Source of the DNA: Candidatus Limnocylindrales bacterium
GTDB lineage: Bacteria > Chloroflexota > Limnocylindria > Limnocylindrales > CSP1-4
Direction: 5' to 3'
Assembly: GCA_036257225.1 (NCBI GenBank)
Contig: DATAFZ010000042.1
Coordinates: 1-37,449 of the forward strand
Length of the DNA: 37,449 nucleotides
The position numbers and the translations under genes are program-made. This document shows positions 33,862 to 37,449 of the stretch, piece after piece. The notes beneath the pieces were generated by a model. It did no database searches and was not told the DNA's origin. It worked only from the letters and a program-made list of their open reading frames with translations. How positions within the stretch are numbered: the first letter of the stretch is position 1; every line of letters begins with the position of its first letter.

Positions 33862-33956
33862 GAGCAGTGCCCGCGGGGCGGGAACCGATGCACGCCGGCC
33901 GGTGTACAGGTCGACAAGGGGTCCCCTGCCGACCTGTCGTACGTAGGAGTCGACCG

Positions 33957-34712
33957 ATGATCCGCCGGACCGCCGCCGTGCTAGCCGCGACCGCCATGCT
34001 TCTCGTGCTCGCCGCCCCCGTCTTCGCCGGCGGCTGGGCGGAGATCGTGGCCGATGGCCAGACCAGGACGCCGAGCGAGGGTACGCCGATCGAGGTCGGC
34101 TTCAAGGTCCTCCAGCACGGCGAGACGCCAGCGCCGTGGGAAACGGCCACCGTCCACTTCACGAATTCGAGCAATGGCGAGATGTTCGACGTTGTCGCCA
34201 AGAACGACCGGCCGGACGGTCATTTCGTGGCGACGACCACGCTTTCGGATGCCGGCTACTGGAGCTGGCATGTCACGCTCAAGGACCTCGAGAGCCAGCA
34301 CGTCCCGGTCCGCATGACCGTCCTGAGCGCGAGCGGCGCGACGCCGCCATTCGACCCGTCCACCGTGCTGAGCGCGATCGACCACGCGAAGGTCGACGTC
34401 ACGAACAGCGTGAACGAGCGATTCGCGGCGGACATCGAGCGGCTCGACCGCCAGGCTGACGGATACCGGGCCCGGCTGGACTACCTCGGCGGGGAGCTCG
34501 AGGACGTGACCGCCGATCGTGACGCGCTGGCCGCCCGCATGGACGCCATCGAGGGGGCAGGCGGCCTGCCGATCCTGGCCGTGATCAGCCTGTCGGTGCT
34601 GGCAGGCTCAGCCGCCGGCTTCGCGATGGCCTGGCTGGCCGGCCGCCAGCCGAAGCGAGCCGCTCCGGCGACGGTGCTCAGCCCGTCGCAGCGAGGAGTC
34701 GACGCGGTGTGA
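33957..34712 (+). CDS. Secreted, C-terminally membrane-anchored protein of unknown function
   Basis: Trimmed to the ATG at 33957, with AGGAG 7 nt upstream. Signal peptide MIRRTAAVLAATAMLLVLAAPVFAGG, a beta-rich ~110-aa domain, a coiled-coil-like segment, then TM segment LPILAVISLSVLAGSAAGFAMAWL. Confidence 0.6.
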   Translation: MIRRTAAVLAATAMLLVLAAPVFAGGWAEIVADGQTRTPSEGTPIEVGFKVLQHGETPAPWETATVHFTNSSNGEMFDVVAKNDRPDGHFVATTTLSDAGYWSWHVTLKDLESQHVPVRMTVLSASGATPPFDPSTVLSAIDHAKVDVTNSVNERFAADIERLDRQADGYRARLDYLGGELEDVTADRDALAARMDAIEGAGGLPILAVISLSVLAGSAAGFAMAWLAGRQPKRAAPATVLSPSQRGVDAV

Positions 34713-35964
34713 CTTGCTCGCGGAGGAGGATCCCGAAGCGCCCGACCTGGTCGGGCGCTTCGGCTGTCTCGACCCAGCGTGCCACGAGGGACTCGCCCTG
34801 GTCGTACGCGAACCCATAGGTCTTCCAGAGCGGGTGTTCGATGAATTCGAGTCGCTTCGCCGCGACCTCCGCAGGGAAACGGCCGACGTCCACCAGGTAC
34901 GCCAGCACGTCCTCCGACGACCGACCGTCGGCGTGGCGGCGCAATGCCGCGTTGCCGGCGATCGCCCGCAGCACGCGCCTCGGTTCGCTGAGTGCGACGG
35001 CTCGCTCGGCCGTCTCCTGGGCGGCAGTCCTATCCGCAGCCTGCGGGAGCCCGGCCCGTCCCAACAGCTCCACGAGGAGGTCGGCACGCTCGTCGATCGG
35101 CGAGGCAAACCGCGCACCGTAGTCGGCCAGACCCTCGCTGACGGGGCACTCGGGCGCATTGATGAGCAGCAATGACGCCTCCAGGCGGCCGAGCCTGTCG
35201 ACGAGCTCTGCCTCCTTCGTGGCGTGTTCGAGGTGGTGGCCCGGATAGGCTTCGTGGGCGACCGTGAGGATCAGGGTCGGTGCGTGCACCGGCAGGTCGG
35301 TGTTGATATCGATCCGCGAGCGGCGGCCACCGTCGTACCAGTTGTATGCCCCCCACGGCTGGTCCTTGACGAGCGTGATCGTGAGCGCTTCCCCGTCCGG
35401 CGCGCCAAAGGCGGCCACGGCGCGCGCGCGGAACCTGTCGACCAGCCAGGCCGCGACCGCTGCCAGGCGCTCGGTCGGGACCTCCAGCGAGTTGTCCCAC
35501 GCGGCGAGTCGTTCGTGGAGCGGACCGGCTCCCGGCAGCAGGCCATCCAGCTCCTCGGCGGCGGCATGGAAGCGCTCGTCGTCGTGACGGATGGGCGCGA
35601 AGCCCATGCACCGTTCCACGTGCTCGACGTACGGCAAGGGCTCCCCGGCGAGGATCCGGGCATGGGCCTCCAGCGCCACGAGCTGCCCACCGAGCCAGTC
35701 TCGCCGGTCGGCGTCCTCGACCTCACGCTGGACCCGATCGGCCAGCGACACCGCATCGGCGCGAAGCCGGCCCGCCGACGGTCGCTGCTCCATGTCGACC
35801 CGCGCTTTCAGGTCGGCCGGCCCGAAGTAGCCGTCGACGAGCCCGGGCAGGTGCTGGTCCAAGCGGAGGCCCAGCAGGATGTAGTCGATCGCGATCCGGT
35901 CGGGGGCAGGGACCTGGCGCGTGCCGCCGACGGCGGGCACCATGGGCCGCTGCGTCGCCGTCAT
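34678..35964 (-). CDS. DUF885-like putative metallopeptidase
   Basis: 428 aa with HEAYPGHHLEH (an HExxPGHH-type motif as I recall for DUF885). ATGA overlap with the upstream gene. Confidence 0.55.
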   Translation of the reverse strand: MTATQRPMVPAVGGTRQVPAPDRIAIDYILLGLRLDQHLPGLVDGYFGPADLKARVDMEQRPSAGRLRADAVSLADRVQREVEDADRRDWLGGQLVALEAHARILAGEPLPYVEHVERCMGFAPIRHDDERFHAAAEELDGLLPGAGPLHERLAAWDNSLEVPTERLAAVAAWLVDRFRARAVAAFGAPDGEALTITLVKDQPWGAYNWYDGGRRSRIDINTDLPVHAPTLILTVAHEAYPGHHLEHATKEAELVDRLGRLEASLLLINAPECPVSEGLADYGARFASPIDERADLLVELLGRAGLPQAADRTAAQETAERAVALSEPRRVLRAIAGNAALRRHADGRSSEDVLAYLVDVGRFPAEVAAKRLEFIEHPLWKTYGFAYDQGESLVARWVETAEAPDQVGRFGILLREQVTPRRLLAATG

Positions 35965-36461
35965 CGCTGCATCCGGTCGGGGCGTGGTGCGCGCCGCTCC
36001 CCGTGGTCCCGATGCGTATCGGCCCGCCGACGCGCCTCGGCGAGCCGCTCCGCGAGCGTCGGGTCGGGCGGGAGCCCGGCCCGATCCGGCGGGCGATCCA
36101 TGACGGGTGCATCGGCCGGCGACCCGTGCCCCAGGCCGCCGGTCTCGCCGACGAACGGCATCCCCTGCCGCTCAACGGCGTCCAGGCTCATCCGCAACGC
36201 TGCCGTCTTCTGTGTCGCCACCTCCCTGACGTAGTCCGCCTCCTCGGTCGCGGTCATCGCCCGGCCCCGGACGATGGCTTTGGGCTTGCCGACCATCAGC
36301 CAGGCCAGGTGATACCGATCCATGCTCCCCCACGCCGCGGAAAGGAGGTCGTCGGATAGTTGCAGCCAGACCTGCATCGCACCGAGCGATGGCTGTGCGA
36401 CGAGCCGGTCGCCCTCATCGATCAGCTGCCGCGTCCGGGCGATCAACTCGTCGCGGGTCAC
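35961..36461 (-). CDS. Hypothetical protein
   Basis: The track ORF was trimmed to GTG 36461, which overlaps the upstream stop (GTGA). VTRDELIARTRQLIDEGDRLV... with a Pro/Arg-rich tail. No family recognised. Confidence 0.45.
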   Translation of the reverse strand: MTRDELIARTRQLIDEGDRLVAQPSLGAMQVWLQLSDDLLSAAWGSMDRYHLAWLMVGKPKAIVRGRAMTATEEADYVREVATQKTAALRMSLDAVERQGMPFVGETGGLGHGSPADAPVMDRPPDRAGLPPDPTLAERLAEARRRADTHRDHGERRAPRPDRMQR

Positions 36462-37387
36462 GCCGGCGTTTCCTCCCCCTCGCGGATCATGGCCTCGCGG
36501 TCGGCCCGGGCCCGCTGCGTCCATGGACCCGGGCGCCCATCGCCGATCGGCGCCCCGTCGAACCCGGTGACCGGCAGGATGCCCGCCACGCTCGATGACA
36601 GGAACGCCTCGTCCGCGGCGGCGAGGTCGCCGCGCCGTAGGCGAGCCTCGACCGGTCGGAGGCCCACCCTGGCCGCCCATTCGAGCAGCCAGGAGCGAGT
36701 CGTCCCAGGCAGGATCGCGCAGTCGAGCGACGGGGTCGCCAGCTCCTGCGTCCCGGCGGTCGAGGAGCGGACCAGGAAGATGTTTGCGGACGTCCCCTCC
36801 GACAGGTGGTCGTCGATGGTGAGGAACAGGGCGTCATCGGCGCCCGCGCGGCGCGCCTCGAGCCGGGCGTAGACGTATTCGGCACGAGACGTGGTCTTGA
36901 GGGTGGCCAGCGGGTTGCGTGGGTCGCGCCGGACCGACGATGCCACGAGGTGCAGGCCGCGCTCGAGGTGGTCCCGCGGAGCGGCCACGACCGGCCACGC
37001 CTGGATGGCGATGGTCGCGGTGGCACCGTCGCTGGGCGGGAGCACCCCGCGTGCCCGGAACGCGCCGCGCGAGACCGTGATCCGGATCGAGGCATCGCCG
37101 CTCGGGCCATCGAGGCCCTCCGCGGCGAGCAACGCCGAAATGCCGCCGGCCAGCAGCCCATCGACGTCGGGGGGCAGCGCGATGTCCAGCCCATCGGCGG
37201 ACCGATGGAGCCGGGCCAGGTGGGCATCGAGCTCGGTCGGATGACCCCCGCGCGCCCGGAGGGTCTCGAAGACCCCGTCGCCCAGCTGGAAGCCTCGATC
37301 GAAGACCGACAGGTGTCGAGCGTCTGCCGGCAGGATCTCACCGTCGAGCCAGACGTGGCCCGGTCGTCCTTCGGGGGACGGGGTCAC
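36458..37387 (-). CDS. Class IV (fold-type IV) PLP aminotransferase; aminodeoxychorismate lyase (PabC)-like or branched-chain aminotransferase
   Basis: DRGFQLGDGVFETLRA, LKTTSR, EGTSANIFLV and ILPGTTR motifs. GTG start overlapping the stop of a PabB-like upstream gene. Confidence 0.85.
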   Translation of the reverse strand: MTPSPEGRPGHVWLDGEILPADARHLSVFDRGFQLGDGVFETLRARGGHPTELDAHLARLHRSADGLDIALPPDVDGLLAGGISALLAAEGLDGPSGDASIRITVSRGAFRARGVLPPSDGATATIAIQAWPVVAAPRDHLERGLHLVASSVRRDPRNPLATLKTTSRAEYVYARLEARRAGADDALFLTIDDHLSEGTSANIFLVRSSTAGTQELATPSLDCAILPGTTRSWLLEWAARVGLRPVEARLRRGDLAAADEAFLSSSVAGILPVTGFDGAPIGDGRPGPWTQRARADREAMIREGEETPA

Positions 37388-37449
37388 GCCACCTCCTCGC
37401 CGCCGATCGCCCCGAGCGGGCCGCGTGCCTTGGCGACGGTCTCATCCCA
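37384..37449 (-). CDS. 3' end of an upstream gene, possibly a chorismate-binding enzyme (PabB/TrpE-like); 5' part lies outside the window
   Basis: Manual translation gives ...WDETVAKARGPLGAIGGEEVA*. The W-x-E-T-x-x-K-A tail resembles the C-termini of aminodeoxychorismate/anthranilate synthase component I. Only 21 codons are visible. Confidence 0.3.
   Translation of the reverse strand, partial: WDETVAKARGPLGAIGGEEVA

Noticed and set aside
1-37449. Searched by eye for tRNA/rRNA genes, CRISPR repeat-spacer arrays, IS elements, integrases, long terminal inverted repeats and large GC-content breaks.
   Set aside because: None found. The only repeats seen are the short tandem SD repeat (16926..16953), the small palindromes and hairpins listed above, and the protein-level paralogy of the two dehydrogenase genes.

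Overview
Very GC-rich bacterial chromosomal segment (roughly 70% G+C by eye, not computed). I call about 40 protein-coding genes. I found no rRNA or tRNA genes, no CRISPR array, and no transposase or integrase. The supplied track is full of long antisense and alternate-frame ORFs typical of high-GC DNA, so I trimmed or discarded those.

Positions 1-26366 form a choline/glycine-betaine-to-glycine one-carbon catabolic island:
- A tightly coupled minus-strand operon for corrinoid-dependent methyl transfer to tetrahydrofolate. In order: corrinoid protein, DUF1638, a small Virulence_fact-like ORF, methyl-THF:corrinoid methyltransferase, a 2Fe-2S/ASKHA reductive activator, a non-pyrrolysine MttB-family methyltransferase, and a MetF fused to a DinB-like domain. 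The MetF gene runs off the left edge and is missing from the ORF track.
- A divergent IclR regulator with a perfect palindrome in the shared promoter region.
- Two paralogous dimethylglycine/sarcosine-dehydrogenase-family flavoenzymes, one followed by etfBA.
- A GbsA-type betaine aldehyde dehydrogenase and an APC permease.
- An embedded AbiEii/MenT-like nucleotidyltransferase plus metallophosphoesterase gene pair.
- A PotD-type ABC importer with a HAD hydrolase.

The remainder encodes a 1357-aa 4xGAF/2xGGDEF/EAL signalling protein behind a roughly 400-nt gene-free region, a BI-1/YccA protein, a DUF59 protein, an extended DUF433 protein with an unknown helical partner, a membrane protein coupled to a GNAT, an anchored secreted protein, and a PabC-like/unknown/DUF885-like operon.

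The most interesting candidates are the B12/THF-dependent betaine demethylation operon in an ETF-linked oxidative context (with three uncharacterised accessory parts) and the nucleotidyltransferase-phosphoesterase pair. All family assignments come from reading motifs by eye and from memory of the families. No database search was run.
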